From positions 1 to 42,595 of the forward strand of contig JAWCPB010000004.1 in the NCBI GenBank assembly GCA_038870455.1: a stretch of DNA of 42,595 bases. The letters are read 5' to 3'. The stretch comes from Candidatus Micrarchaeia archaeon. Lineage in GTDB: Archaea > Micrarchaeota > Micrarchaeia > Burarchaeales > JACRGF01. The notes under the pieces were generated by a model. It saw only the letters and a list, made by a program, of their open reading frames with translations. It was not told the DNA's origin and made no database searches. Positions 1 to 8,996 of this stretch are shown here, piece after piece (position 1 is the stretch's first letter; each line of letters begins with the position of its first letter). Made by a program: the position numbers and the translations under genes.

Positions 1-11
1 TAGGTGATGTG

Positions 12-917
12 ATGGAAGTTGATGGAACCTGTCCGGAATGCAAGAGCAAGAGAGTCACTCGCGACTACGAACGCGGGGAGCTGGTGTGCGCCACGTGCGG
101 CCTCGTCATCAGCGAGGGAATAATGGACAGCGGGCCGGAATGGCGCGCTTTCGATGCTGAGCAGATTAAGGAACGTGCGAGGGGCGGAGCCCCCATAAGC
201 TACATGAGGCCTAACAAGGGGCTCGTCACCGAAATCGACCAGTACAACCGCGACATCCGCGGCGCGCGCATCTCGAGCAAGAAGCAGGCGCAGCTCTACC
301 GCATGCGCAAGTGGCACAAGAGGGCGAGCATCGCCTCCTCGAAGGAGAGGAACCTCGCCATCGCGCTCAGCGAGCTCGACCGCATCGCCTCCTACCTCGG
401 GCTTCCCGAGAGCGTCCGGGAGAGCGCTGCGCTGCTCTACCGCAAGTGCATTGACAAGGGAATCCGCGGAAAGATGATCGAGACGGTTGTCGCCGCGTGC
501 ATCTACGCCAAGTGCAGGGAGTGCGGCATTCCCAGGACGCTCACCGAAATCGCCGTCATTTCCGGGGTGAAGAAGAAGGAAATCGGCAGGACCTACCGCG
601 CGATAACCTCCGAGCTGAACCTCAAGGTTCCTCTCGCCAACCCGGCCTATTATGTTCCGCGCTTTGCCGCGGCTCTCAAGCTCAGCGGCGCTGTGCAGGA
701 GAGGGCCATCGAGATAATCAAGAAAGCGGAGAGCAAGAAACTCATTTCCGGCAGGGGTCCAACCGGCCTCGCCGCGGCAGCGGTGTACACTGCCTCGCTC
801 ATGCTCGGCGAGCAGAGGACGCAGAAGGAAGTCGCGGAAGGCGCTGGCATCACGGAAGTGACCATCCGCAACCGCTACAAGGAGCTCAAGGATGAGCTCG
901 GCCTCAAGGTGACCTGA
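12..917 (+). CDS. tfb: Transcription initiation factor IIB
   Basis: N-terminal Zn ribbon CPEC..CATC, GPEWRAF B-reader motif, two cyclin folds ending TEVTIRNRYKEL. AGGTGA RBS 4 nt before ATG at 12. Confidence 0.97.
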   Translation: MEVDGTCPECKSKRVTRDYERGELVCATCGLVISEGIMDSGPEWRAFDAEQIKERARGGAPISYMRPNKGLVTEIDQYNRDIRGARISSKKQAQLYRMRKWHKRASIASSKERNLAIALSELDRIASYLGLPESVRESAALLYRKCIDKGIRGKMIETVVAACIYAKCRECGIPRTLTEIAVISGVKKKEIGRTYRAITSELNLKVPLANPAYYVPRFAAALKLSGAVQERAIEIIKKAESKKLISGRGPTGLAAAAVYTASLMLGEQRTQKEVAEGAGITEVTIRNRYKELKDELGLKVT

Positions 918-925
918 GGTTTTGC

Positions 926-1024
926 ATGTCAAGGAAAAGACTCAACTGGCACTTCAGGCGCCTTGTTGAGAGAAAGCACGGCAACAAGCCGCGCTTCAGG
1001 AGCCAGAAGGCCCCAAGGCCCTAG
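926..1024 (+). CDS. Small basic protein, 32 aa (MSRKRLNWHFRRLVERKHGNKPRFRSQKAPRP)
   Basis: ATG 8 nt after the tfb stop, preceded by GAGGT. Arg/Lys-rich. Below the ORF-track cutoff; translated by hand. Confidence 0.5.
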   Translation: MSRKRLNWHFRRLVERKHGNKPRFRSQKAPRP

Positions 1025-1098
1025 GCGCGCGCTTTTTTTCTTTTCCTCGCCAGAGCCCTGCTCCTGTAGTATTTTCCTACCTTTCTTTTTCCAGCCAT
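1021..1098 (-). CDS. Small basic protein, 25 aa (MAGKRKVGKYYRSRALARKRKKARA)
   Basis: ATG preceded by GAGGAAA just downstream of cobO. Its stop shares the CTAG at 1021-1024 with the stop of the opposite micro-ORF. Confidence 0.45.
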   Translation of the reverse strand: MAGKRKVGKYYRSRALARKRKKARA

Positions 1099-1122
1099 TT
1101 TCCTCGCCCTTCTCAGGCTTCC

Positions 1123-1659
1123 CTAATACTCTATTCCCTCGTACGGCCCCACCACGCTGAGCGCGGGCCTCTTGAGCTGCCTTATCTCTGTCGCAAAATC
1201 GGCCCTGTCGATGAGACGCTGGTCCGCGAACCGGCCTGTTATCACGACTTTCGTCTCGGGCGACACCTCGTCCAAGAACTTGAGCACATCATCCAGCTTG
1301 AGCAGCCCGACAGCCACCGCGAGATTCACTTCATCGAGAATGAGCAGGTTCGGCTTTTTCCTCGCAGCCTCGCGGGCAAAGGCAAGCCCCTTTCTCGCGA
1401 GCTCTACATCGACCGGATCCGGGTTCTTGAGGTTGATGAACTCGGGCCTGCCGAACTGATGCACCTCGTAATTAGGCGTGAGCCGCTGCGCTTTGTACTC
1501 CCCCACGTCTTTTCTTCCTTTCATGAACTGCACCATGACGACCTTGTGGCCGTGGCCGAGGCTGCGCAGCGCCAGGCCCAGCGCGCTGACGGTCTTTCCC
1601 GCGCCCGTTCCAGTGTAGAGATAGACGAGCGCCCTTTTCCTCTTTTCAGTCACGCTCAT
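1123..1659 (-). CDS. cobO: ATP:cob(I)alamin adenosyltransferase (CobA/CobO/BtuR type)
   Basis: YTGTGAGKT P-loop, GLALRSLGHG, VQFMKG, ILDEVN and VITGR motifs, C-terminal GIEY. Start placed at MSVTEK (1659). Confidence 0.92.
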   Translation of the reverse strand: MSVTEKRKRALVYLYTGTGAGKTVSALGLALRSLGHGHKVVMVQFMKGRKDVGEYKAQRLTPNYEVHQFGRPEFINLKNPDPVDVELARKGLAFAREAARKKPNLLILDEVNLAVAVGLLKLDDVLKFLDEVSPETKVVITGRFADQRLIDRADFATEIRQLKRPALSVVGPYEGIEY

Positions 1660-1707
1660 CCCCTCTCTTGCCCAATTCTTAAATTTTTCCTCAGACAAAA
1701 ATAACTC

Positions 1708-2799
1708 ATGGGAATAGCGGACAAGATAAGGGCGATTGAGGAGGAGCTCAAGCGCACGCAGGTTCACAAGGGCACCGAGTACCACGTGGGCCTGCTGAAG
1801 GCAAAGCTGGCGAAGTACAAGCGCGAGCTCGCAGCCTCGGGCGCGAGAAAGGGAGGGGGAGGTTTTTCGGTCAGGAAGGGCGGCGACTCAACCGTCGCGA
1901 TAATCGGCTTTCCAAGCGTGGGAAAAAGCACTCTGCTGAACGCGCTGACGAACGCGCGGAGCGAGGTCGCGCCGTACGCCTTCACCACAGTCTCGGTCGT
2001 CCCCGGCATGCTGATCTACAAGGGCGCGCGCATCCAGCTCCTCGACCTGCCGGGCATTCTCGAAGCCGCCTCAAAGGGCGCCGGCAAGGGCAGGGAAGTC
2101 ATCGGCGTGGCACGCTCCGCAGACCTGATCCTCATTCTTCTTGATGCGCTGCAGCCCGACGCCCTTTTCACAATAAGGCGCGAGCTCGAGGCCATGGCGA
2201 TCAGGCTCGACAGGCAGCCTCCGAAAGTCGTCGTCACCCCAAAGGAAAGGGGCGGCATTGTCATCACGAGCACGGTCAAGCTCACGAAGCTCGACGAGCG
2301 CATGATAAAAGACATCCTCGCGGTGTTCAACATGCACAACTGCGAGATCGTCTTCCGCGAGGACGCGGGCGCGGACGAACTCATCGACGTGCTCGCGGGC
2401 AACCGCGTGTATGTACCGAGCCTCGTTGTGGTGAATAAGGCAGACTTGGCCGACCAGCATGCGCTCAGTGAGCTTCGTTCCCGCCTCCCTTCCGACTCCA
2501 TCCTCATTTCTGCTGAGAAAGGGATTGGTCTCGAGGCCCTGCGCGCCGCGATCTACAACCGCCTGCGCTTCATCCGCGTGTACATGAAACCAAAGGGTGG
2601 CGAGGCGGACTTGAGGGAGCCCATGATCCTGCGGGATGGAAGCACGGTTGAGGACGTGTGCGACCGCATTCACAGGGGCCTGCGCGCGGCTTTTCGCCAC
2701 GCGCTCGTGTGGGGGCCGAGCGCCAAGTTCCCGGGCCAGAAAGTCGGCCTCGACCACGCGCTCAAGGACGAGGACATCGTGAGTATCGTATCACGCTAG
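1708..2799 (+). CDS. drg: DRG/Rbg-family Obg-like GTPase with TGS domain
   Basis: GFPSVGKS, YAFTT, DLPG and NKAD motifs; C-terminal TGS (GQKVGLDHALKDEDIV). Confidence 0.95.
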   Translation: MGIADKIRAIEEELKRTQVHKGTEYHVGLLKAKLAKYKRELAASGARKGGGGFSVRKGGDSTVAIIGFPSVGKSTLLNALTNARSEVAPYAFTTVSVVPGMLIYKGARIQLLDLPGILEAASKGAGKGREVIGVARSADLILILLDALQPDALFTIRRELEAMAIRLDRQPPKVVVTPKERGGIVITSTVKLTKLDERMIKDILAVFNMHNCEIVFREDAGADELIDVLAGNRVYVPSLVVVNKADLADQHALSELRSRLPSDSILISAEKGIGLEALRAAIYNRLRFIRVYMKPKGGEADLREPMILRDGSTVEDVCDRIHRGLRAAFRHALVWGPSAKFPGQKVGLDHALKDEDIVSIVSR

Positions 2800-2847
2800 C
2801 CATCAAAAGCCTTTTATACCCCCAGCGCGAAGCTTTGCTGCGACCAG

Positions 2848-3153
2848 GTGAAGGACACGGAGCTCAACGGGCCAGAGCGCAGAGTAGCCTGCGGCAAATG
2901 CGGGGGAGAGGTTTTCAAGGCCTCGATACTCCAGGGGACAGAAGCCGTAGTCATTTCTTTCACCTGTCAGAAGTGCGGCCACATCCACAGGGCCGGAGTA
3001 AAGCGTAACATCGTCCTCCAACAACAGAAGAACGAGGAGGAAAAGAAGGGCTTTTTCGAGACGCTCAAGGAGAGCCTGAGCTTCGGAAAGAAGAAGGATG
3101 AGGTTGATTGGGAGCGCGACCTCGCCGCGCTGCTTGACGAGAGCGCGAGCTAA
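2848..3153 (+). CDS. Hypothetical Zn-ribbon protein
   Basis: CGKC...CQKC pairs, charged C-terminus, GTG start. Confidence 0.65.
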   Translation: MKDTELNGPERRVACGKCGGEVFKASILQGTEAVVISFTCQKCGHIHRAGVKRNIVLQQQKNEEEKKGFFETLKESLSFGKKKDEVDWERDLAALLDESAS

Positions 3154-3183
3154 CTATTTAAGTGCTGGCTGCTTTTTCACTTC

Positions 3184-4023
3184 ATGTGCGAGCTGTGTGA
3201 TAAGGCGAAGGCAAGCCCAACTTACCAGTCTCAGCTTAAAGACTGGTTTGCCCGCGATGTTGGCAGGCTTGCAGCAACGCGCGCGCAGGCCGCGGACAAC
3301 CCGACTCTCGCCAACTCTTTTCTTTCAAACCTCGGTTTCCCGCCAGATGTTTCCATGCCTCTCTTCGAGCCCCGCATCTCCACCCCCAGCCCGTCGAATT
3401 ATTTTCAGAACGCTTTCGTGGATGGCGTGCGGCTTCACAGCGGCTGGACTCACGACTGCGCGCGCTCGGTCGGCTTTTTCGAGAACGGCGACTTGTTGTT
3501 TATCACGAAAGCGGTTGCGCGAAGCGTGGGCATGCCTGAATACTTCTTTTACCTTTACGTCATCCGGTTTGAAAAAGCCAAGGGCGAGTTCAACCTCTCT
3601 GTTGATGCAAGCGGCAAAGCAGTGATGGAAGCGAATTCCCAGAAAGGCGGGACAAACATCTTGTCCGGCTCTCCCGCCTCCCATCTTTTTTCTTTTTCCT
3701 TCCAGCATTTTCCAACCAACAACGCAATCCTGCCTAAAGAACGCGCTGCCACCTACTACGCCCAGCGTGCTGCAGCCCATGCTCCCGGCAGGGCTTCGCA
3801 GCCGACTGCTCCGGGTTTTGGCGGCGTGCCTCCTTCTGCTGCCGCACCGCGCGCTCTTCCAGCGCGCACGAGCGGCTCTTCTTTCGAGGAGTACGTGGTG
3901 ACCGTGCCTCACTTCGCGCCCCATCCTTACCTCCTGCAGGCCTATCAGGAGCTGGGTTTCGCCTCGCGCATGGAACTCCAGAACGCGGTCTCGAAGTTCT
4001 TCAAGGATCACGCCCAGGGGTGA
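3184..4023 (+). CDS. Hypothetical protein (N-terminal CxxC, Pro/Ala linker)
   Basis: 279-aa ORF with protein-like composition, ending 3 nt before the next gene. No family recognised. Confidence 0.75.
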   Translation: MCELCDKAKASPTYQSQLKDWFARDVGRLAATRAQAADNPTLANSFLSNLGFPPDVSMPLFEPRISTPSPSNYFQNAFVDGVRLHSGWTHDCARSVGFFENGDLLFITKAVARSVGMPEYFFYLYVIRFEKAKGEFNLSVDASGKAVMEANSQKGGTNILSGSPASHLFSFSFQHFPTNNAILPKERAATYYAQRAAAHAPGRASQPTAPGFGGVPPSAAAPRALPARTSGSSFEEYVVTVPHFAPHPYLLQAYQELGFASRMELQNAVSKFFKDHAQG

Positions 4024-4026
4024 GGC

Positions 4027-4908
4027 ATGCGCAAACTCGTTCTCCTCCTCGCATTCTCCCTTCTCTTCGGCTGCCCTTCCCAAGACTCTTATTCCGTTTC
4101 GGATGCCGGCATAATCCATTTTCCTGAAAGAAACTGCCCGGTCTGGGAAATAAATTCCTCTCTTGAAGGGACAGACAAGCTGGTTGGCCTGCGCTTCGAA
4201 AACGGCGGCGCCGTGGTCTACGGCTTGCTGCGCGTTCCACGCTCCTCCGCTCCACTGCCCGCGCTGGTCCTTCTTCACGGCGCGGGCGTGAATAAAGTTT
4301 ACGAGCAGAAGCTCGCGCGAACCCTCTCGCGCTTCGGTTATGCTTCACTGGCAATCGACTTGAGGGGACACGGCGAGACAGGCGGGCAGAGCGCGGGCAT
4401 GGAGGACGAGCTTGCAGCCTTTGCTTCAGGAAAGCCTCCGCAAACCCACCTCATGGTTTCTGACGCGCTGTGCGCGTTCGATGCGTTGGCTGCGCATGGC
4501 GAGGTGGATGCGGACAGAATCGCCTTTGCGGGCGAGAGCATGGGCGGCCGGCTCGCGCTCATCGCGGCCGCGCTGGAACCGAGGGCGAAGGGAGCTGTCG
4601 GCATCTCAACCGCAGGCTACGGCCTTCCAAGCCATCGGAACAAAACCATCGAACGCTACCTGCGCTCCATCGACCCGGACAACTATCTCACCCTCCTTCC
4701 TCCCCGCCCGGTTGTCTTTGTTCACTCCACCGCGGATCAAACCGTCCCGTACGCGACGGCCGTGCGCTCCTATTCTCTCGCGCGCGAGCCACGCCGCCTT
4801 GTCACCGTGACCTGCCCCATCCACGGCTACTGCGAGGAAATGGATGGCGCGCTCGCACACGAGCTGGAGAAGATGCTGGCTGCTAAAGCCTTTCCACGGG
4901 AAGGTTGA
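4027..4908 (+). CDS. Secreted or lipoprotein alpha/beta hydrolase
   Basis: Signal peptide LLFGC, LHG oxyanion motif, DLRGHGE, nucleophile elbow GESMG, candidate Asp (ADQTV) and His (IHG). Confidence 0.88.
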   Translation: MRKLVLLLAFSLLFGCPSQDSYSVSDAGIIHFPERNCPVWEINSSLEGTDKLVGLRFENGGAVVYGLLRVPRSSAPLPALVLLHGAGVNKVYEQKLARTLSRFGYASLAIDLRGHGETGGQSAGMEDELAAFASGKPPQTHLMVSDALCAFDALAAHGEVDADRIAFAGESMGGRLALIAAALEPRAKGAVGISTAGYGLPSHRNKTIERYLRSIDPDNYLTLLPPRPVVFVHSTADQTVPYATAVRSYSLAREPRRLVTVTCPIHGYCEEMDGALAHELEKMLAAKAFPREG

Positions 4909-6223
4909 ACTCGAATCGCGAGTACGCCCGTCCCTCGACTACAAGGGGGGAGAATCTGAGGAAGACGCGCGCCACGGCGGCTTCTTTCTCGAGCTGCGGC
5001 GAGAATGAAACGTTCTTCTCCTCGCCGGGCTCGAGCGTGCCGATGGGCGTTTCTTCCGCGCCTGAGAACAGCGACAGCCTCTCGATGCGCTTGCCGCTCT
5101 CGTTCGCCACAGCGATGGTCACCCTGCCTTCCTCGGCGAGCACATTGTCGATTATCTTTATCCTGAAGACCGGCTCGAGCCGGATTGTCCTCTCGGCTTC
5201 CTCCCACGCTTTCCTGCGCGAGACGCCCGCCCCCTTCGCCACCTCGAGCTCAGTCACGTGCGCCCCCCACCTCCTCCTCACCCTAGGGTAAGGCGGGGCC
5301 GGCCGGGTGAGCCGGCCTGCCAGAAAGTAGATGAGGCCGAGAATGGCTGAAGCAGCTACTGGGAGAAGCCAGGCGTTGGCGGGTAGGGCGAAATTGGCGA
5401 GCGGATTGAATGCGAGGGGAAGCGAGGTCTGCGGCTGGACCGGAAGGCTGCCAACATCCACTCCGCTCCATGCGGGCGTTGCCGCCACATCAATCAATTG
5501 ACCAGGCGATGCGGGCTGGAGCGCGAGCGCCTGCCTGACCGCAGTGCTCGTTTGCAGGGCGCGCAGCTCGCTTGCCGAAAAGCCTGTTGGAAGAATCACC
5601 TTCTGGCCAGAGACCGGGTCCTGGTAGAGCAGCAGCCGCCTGCCCCCCGCTCTCTGGCTTTCGGCTACCGCGCGCTGGAATTCCTTGGTTCCCGCCATGT
5701 ACGCGAGCGTGTCCTCCCCCAGGTCCGAAGGACCGAGCATGGGAATCTGGATGCCACCCGCGGTCTGCGCGTACAGGAGCCTGGCGTCGCCCGGGCCTGC
5801 CGCCGCCGCGCCCGCCACGCCCGCCGCCCTGCCCTCGAGCGCGTCCCTGACGAGCGGGTCGTTCGCGAGCGCTGCAAGACGGTCGCCCGAGTAGCTCGTC
5901 ACGACCGCCCTCCCGTACGGACCGGAGTACAGCGCGACAGGCTCCGCGCTCGCCAGCGCGTTCTGGAAACTCGGGTCTTTCAGCATGTTTGCGTAATCCT
6001 CGTCCCTCGCGTACTTTGACAGCAGCACGCTTTTTCCCGCCGCGCTCTCAACCCTCGCGACCGCGCCGGAGTAGAGCCTTGCGCTCGCGTTTCCGCCGGG
6101 GTTGAAGAGCGTCCTTGTCTCATCAACCGCCCACCGCTCGCCCGTCTGCGAGAGAAAAAAGGCGATGGCCATGCCAAGCGCGAGGAGAGCGAGCCCGAGC
6201 GCGGCAAGAAGATGGTCGTTCAT
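4883..6223 (-). CDS. Membrane protein with two TM helices and four internal repeats of about 40 aa
   Basis: Start MNDHLL at 6223 overlaps the vWA stop. N-terminal TM, repeat region, second TM (WLLPVAASAILGLIYFL), beta-rich C-terminal domain. Confidence 0.75.
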   Translation of the reverse strand: MNDHLLAALGLALLALGMAIAFFLSQTGERWAVDETRTLFNPGGNASARLYSGAVARVESAAGKSVLLSKYARDEDYANMLKDPSFQNALASAEPVALYSGPYGRAVVTSYSGDRLAALANDPLVRDALEGRAAGVAGAAAAGPGDARLLYAQTAGGIQIPMLGPSDLGEDTLAYMAGTKEFQRAVAESQRAGGRRLLLYQDPVSGQKVILPTGFSASELRALQTSTAVRQALALQPASPGQLIDVAATPAWSGVDVGSLPVQPQTSLPLAFNPLANFALPANAWLLPVAASAILGLIYFLAGRLTRPAPPYPRVRRRWGAHVTELEVAKGAGVSRRKAWEEAERTIRLEPVFRIKIIDNVLAEEGRVTIAVANESGKRIERLSLFSGAEETPIGTLEPGEEKNVSFSPQLEKEAAVARVFLRFSPLVVEGRAYSRFEFNLPVERL

Positions 6224-7104
6224 GCGGCAGCCTCTTTGAGAGCGGTAAAGAGCGTGCTGCCGAGCGCGCGGATGTTCTCCGCCTCGGCCGCAACCACGCG
6301 CCTCTTCTCCAGAAGCCGCGCGTAGCTCTCGCAAGTGTGCTCCCCGATTTTCTTCCCGGCGAGCGCCTTCTCGTGCGTGAGCGTGATGTAAATGACCCGC
6401 ACGCCGAGCCTGACGAAGTAGGCGAGGAGGTCTGCGCACCTTCTCTGTATGCCCGCGTCCTCCCGCGCATCCTCGTTTCCGGCCTCTGGCACACCGTCCG
6501 TCAGCACGAGCAGGAACTTCGCTCCCCCTCTCCTCTCCCACCTGGCTTTCTTGAGTTCAGAGAGCGCGAGGTCGAGGCGCGTTGCGCCAGAGCCGTTGAG
6601 CGCGACGAGCTCCCGGTAATCCAGCCTCTTGAGGAACCTGGCCTTGCTTCCGAAAGCCACAAGCGTCAGGCTGTTCGCCTGCCTGCCGAAGCTCTCTGCC
6701 ACCGCCGCGACAGCGACTTTGGCGAACGAGTGAGGCGATTCGCTGTCCTTGATAGCTCTTCGGAGCTTCTCGCTTCTCCACCACGCCGTCATCGAGTTGC
6801 TGTCGTCAAAAAGAATGGCGAGGTGAAGCACCCTCGCATCCACAACGCGCTTCCTGCCCACAATCTTCGTGATGTCCTTGCCGCGCGACAGAAATATGTT
6901 CAGCGTCTTGTACACGTTTATGCTTCCGCTTCCGTCAAAGGGCCTGTCGCGCATCCTCCGGACATTCGGGGGAATCAGCTTCACCGCCCTGGCGAGGTGG
7001 AGGCCGAGCTTCCTGCAGGAGGACAAGAAGCCTGCCATGGCGCTCCTGTCGTAGGAGTGAAGCAGCGTTCCGCAGAGCTGCGCGGCGCGCTCTTCTTCCT
7101 TCAT
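6220..7104 (-). CDS. vWA domain protein
   Basis: MIDAS DDSNS (DxSxS), GAT, and LVLTDG motifs; adjacent to a MoxR ATPase. Confidence 0.88.
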   Translation of the reverse strand: MKEEERAAQLCGTLLHSYDRSAMAGFLSSCRKLGLHLARAVKLIPPNVRRMRDRPFDGSGSINVYKTLNIFLSRGKDITKIVGRKRVVDARVLHLAILFDDSNSMTAWWRSEKLRRAIKDSESPHSFAKVAVAAVAESFGRQANSLTLVAFGSKARFLKRLDYRELVALNGSGATRLDLALSELKKARWERRGGAKFLLVLTDGVPEAGNEDAREDAGIQRRCADLLAYFVRLGVRVIYITLTHEKALAGKKIGEHTCESYARLLEKRRVVAAEAENIRALGSTLFTALKEAAA

Positions 7105-7977
7105 TCAATCCCCAAGCGTTTCGGCGATGTCGAGCGCTATCTCCTTTACCGTGTTGATGGAAATCTCATCCTGCTCGTCCGCAACGACGATGGCCTGCTG
7201 GAAGGCGGCATCCAGAAAAGCAGTTTTTGGGCCAACGCCTTCCCTGAGCGCGAGCTCGCAGTAGCGGGCCATCTTTATCGTCGAGTCAGGCGAAAGCCCC
7301 TGGGGAAGCGCCTTCTCCTCTCTTGCCACCCTCCGCGTCTCCTCCGCAAGGGCGAGAATCGCCTCCAGCACCTTCTTTTCCTTGAGCCCGCTCCTTTCCA
7401 CGAGCACGCTCCTCTCAACTGCCCTGGGCGGGTAGTCCATGAAAATTGGGATGAAGCGCCTCTTGAGCGCCGTGCTTATCCTGAAAGTCCCCTCGTCGCC
7501 CAGGTTCGCTGTCGTGACGAGCACCCACCCCTTGGGCATGGCGAGCTCGGTCTCCTCGTGCTCGAGAGGAAGCTTTCCCCTTGAGAGGAGCAGGAACAGG
7601 CCCGAGTACGCGCTCGTGGGCGCGCGTGTGAATTCGTCGATGAGCAGGTTCTTGCCTTCCCTCAGCGCGCGCGTCACGACCCCTTCCTTGAACACCTTCT
7701 CTCCTTTGGCGAGCGCGAGCGGGTGAAACCCTCCCACGAGCTGGTACTCGGTCATTCCCTCGGTGGCTTCTATCTTGAGGTAACTGTCCTCTCCACCTCC
7801 TACTTCCCTCAGCAGATGCTCGGCGAGGCTCGTCTTGCCGTTTCCCGGAGGGCCGTAGAGCAGGATGGGATAGCCCATGCGGATGTAGCGAAGCGCCTTG
7901 ATTATCGCCTCATCCTGTCCCTTTATCTCGCAAGCCTCGATGATGCGCTCGTAGTCAGCCCGCGTTATTTCCTTCAT
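7105..7977 (-). CDS. MoxR-family AAA+ ATPase
   Basis: Walker A GPPGNGKT, Walker B LLIDE, sensor TTAN, arginine finger ALKRRF. Confidence 0.9.
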   Translation of the reverse strand: MKEITRADYERIIEACEIKGQDEAIIKALRYIRMGYPILLYGPPGNGKTSLAEHLLREVGGGEDSYLKIEATEGMTEYQLVGGFHPLALAKGEKVFKEGVVTRALREGKNLLIDEFTRAPTSAYSGLFLLLSRGKLPLEHEETELAMPKGWVLVTTANLGDEGTFRISTALKRRFIPIFMDYPPRAVERSVLVERSGLKEKKVLEAILALAEETRRVAREEKALPQGLSPDSTIKMARYCELALREGVGPKTAFLDAAFQQAIVVADEQDEISINTVKEIALDIAETLGD

Positions 7978-8987
7978 GCCCTCCTCTCCTTGGCAGCCCG
8001 CTCAGCCTGCTTCAGCAGCGCGGCCGCCTTTTCCTTGCTTGGAACATCGTACTTCGCTGAAAGGACGTTGAACTGCTCGCGGAACCTGCTGACGATCTCA
8101 GTCGCCTTGATCCTGTCGTACCTGTTGGCTTCCCTCAAGAACGTCCTCACCTCGGCCGTGAGCGGGGCGTACGGGTCCTTCTCCTCGGCTTCTTCCTCAG
8201 CCTCTTCCCTCGCCACCCTGACGAGCGCCACGCTCCCGTCCTCGGCGACTTCCCGAACATATTCGAAAGAATAGAGAGCGATGTTGAACAACAGTATCGC
8301 GAGCGCGGCGAAGAAGCCGTTGGCGACAACCGACAGCCAAACGATGTTGAGGAAGACGTTGGCGAACCTGCCCGACAACACGAGCGCGAGGTTTTCCGGG
8401 TCGAGCACGCTGATGTCAAAGAACCTAACCGCAAAAACCACGCCCAACAGCAGAGAGGCGAGCACGGTCGCCTTGGCAACGCCCTTGAGCGTCTGCCTCA
8501 CCTCCTCTGTCCTCGCCACGTAATGGACGTACAGGAAGGCCGACAGCGCGAACAGCGCTATGCCGATGAGGAACCTGTCGACGGAATTGAAGTCGAGAGG
8601 CCCGCGGGCCACGAGCAGGGAGAGCACGCTCGCGCTGACGAAAATGGAGCCCGAGATGTAGCCGTCGGCGTAGCCTATGAGCGCGGCCGTCGCGTTGGCT
8701 ATGCCGAGCATGAGGAACGGAATGAACGAGAACAGCCTCCACTCCTCCCCGAAGGGCACGAAGAAGGCGTTGCCGACCACCCAGTAGCTCGTGAATCCCA
8801 GCGCGAAGTAGCACATCGTCTTGACCGCCTTGTCGTGAACGCCCGCAACCAGTATCGAAGCGAAAGCGATGAGTATGAGGATGAACGGCGTTGCGAGCGG
8901 GAAGGCCGCTTCGGTCACGATGGCCGCGCCCAGCAGCACAAAGCACGCCACGAGGACGATGAAGGGCTGGCGGTAGAGCGGCCTCAT
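7974..8987 (-). CDS. Polytopic membrane protein with charged C-terminal tail
   Basis: About 8 hydrophobic segments; stop overlaps the MoxR start (ATGA). Confidence 0.8.
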   Translation of the reverse strand: MRPLYRQPFIVLVACFVLLGAAIVTEAAFPLATPFILILIAFASILVAGVHDKAVKTMCYFALGFTSYWVVGNAFFVPFGEEWRLFSFIPFLMLGIANATAALIGYADGYISGSIFVSASVLSLLVARGPLDFNSVDRFLIGIALFALSAFLYVHYVARTEEVRQTLKGVAKATVLASLLLGVVFAVRFFDISVLDPENLALVLSGRFANVFLNIVWLSVVANGFFAALAILLFNIALYSFEYVREVAEDGSVALVRVAREEAEEEAEEKDPYAPLTAEVRTFLREANRYDRIKATEIVSRFREQFNVLSAKYDVPSKEKAAALLKQAERAAKERRA

Positions 8988-8996
8988 TCCCTCCTC

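Noticed and set aside
445-480. TFB segment DKGIRGK appears one residue shorter than the usual KGLIRGR
   Set aside because: In-frame and minor; cannot distinguish natural variation from error.
6115-7584. 489-aa plus-strand ORF and other long antisense ORFs (8523-9635, 20009-21007, 28325-29713, 38012-38956, 39210-40178)
   Set aside because: Shadow frames of well-supported genes in GC-rich DNA, with no recognisable motifs.
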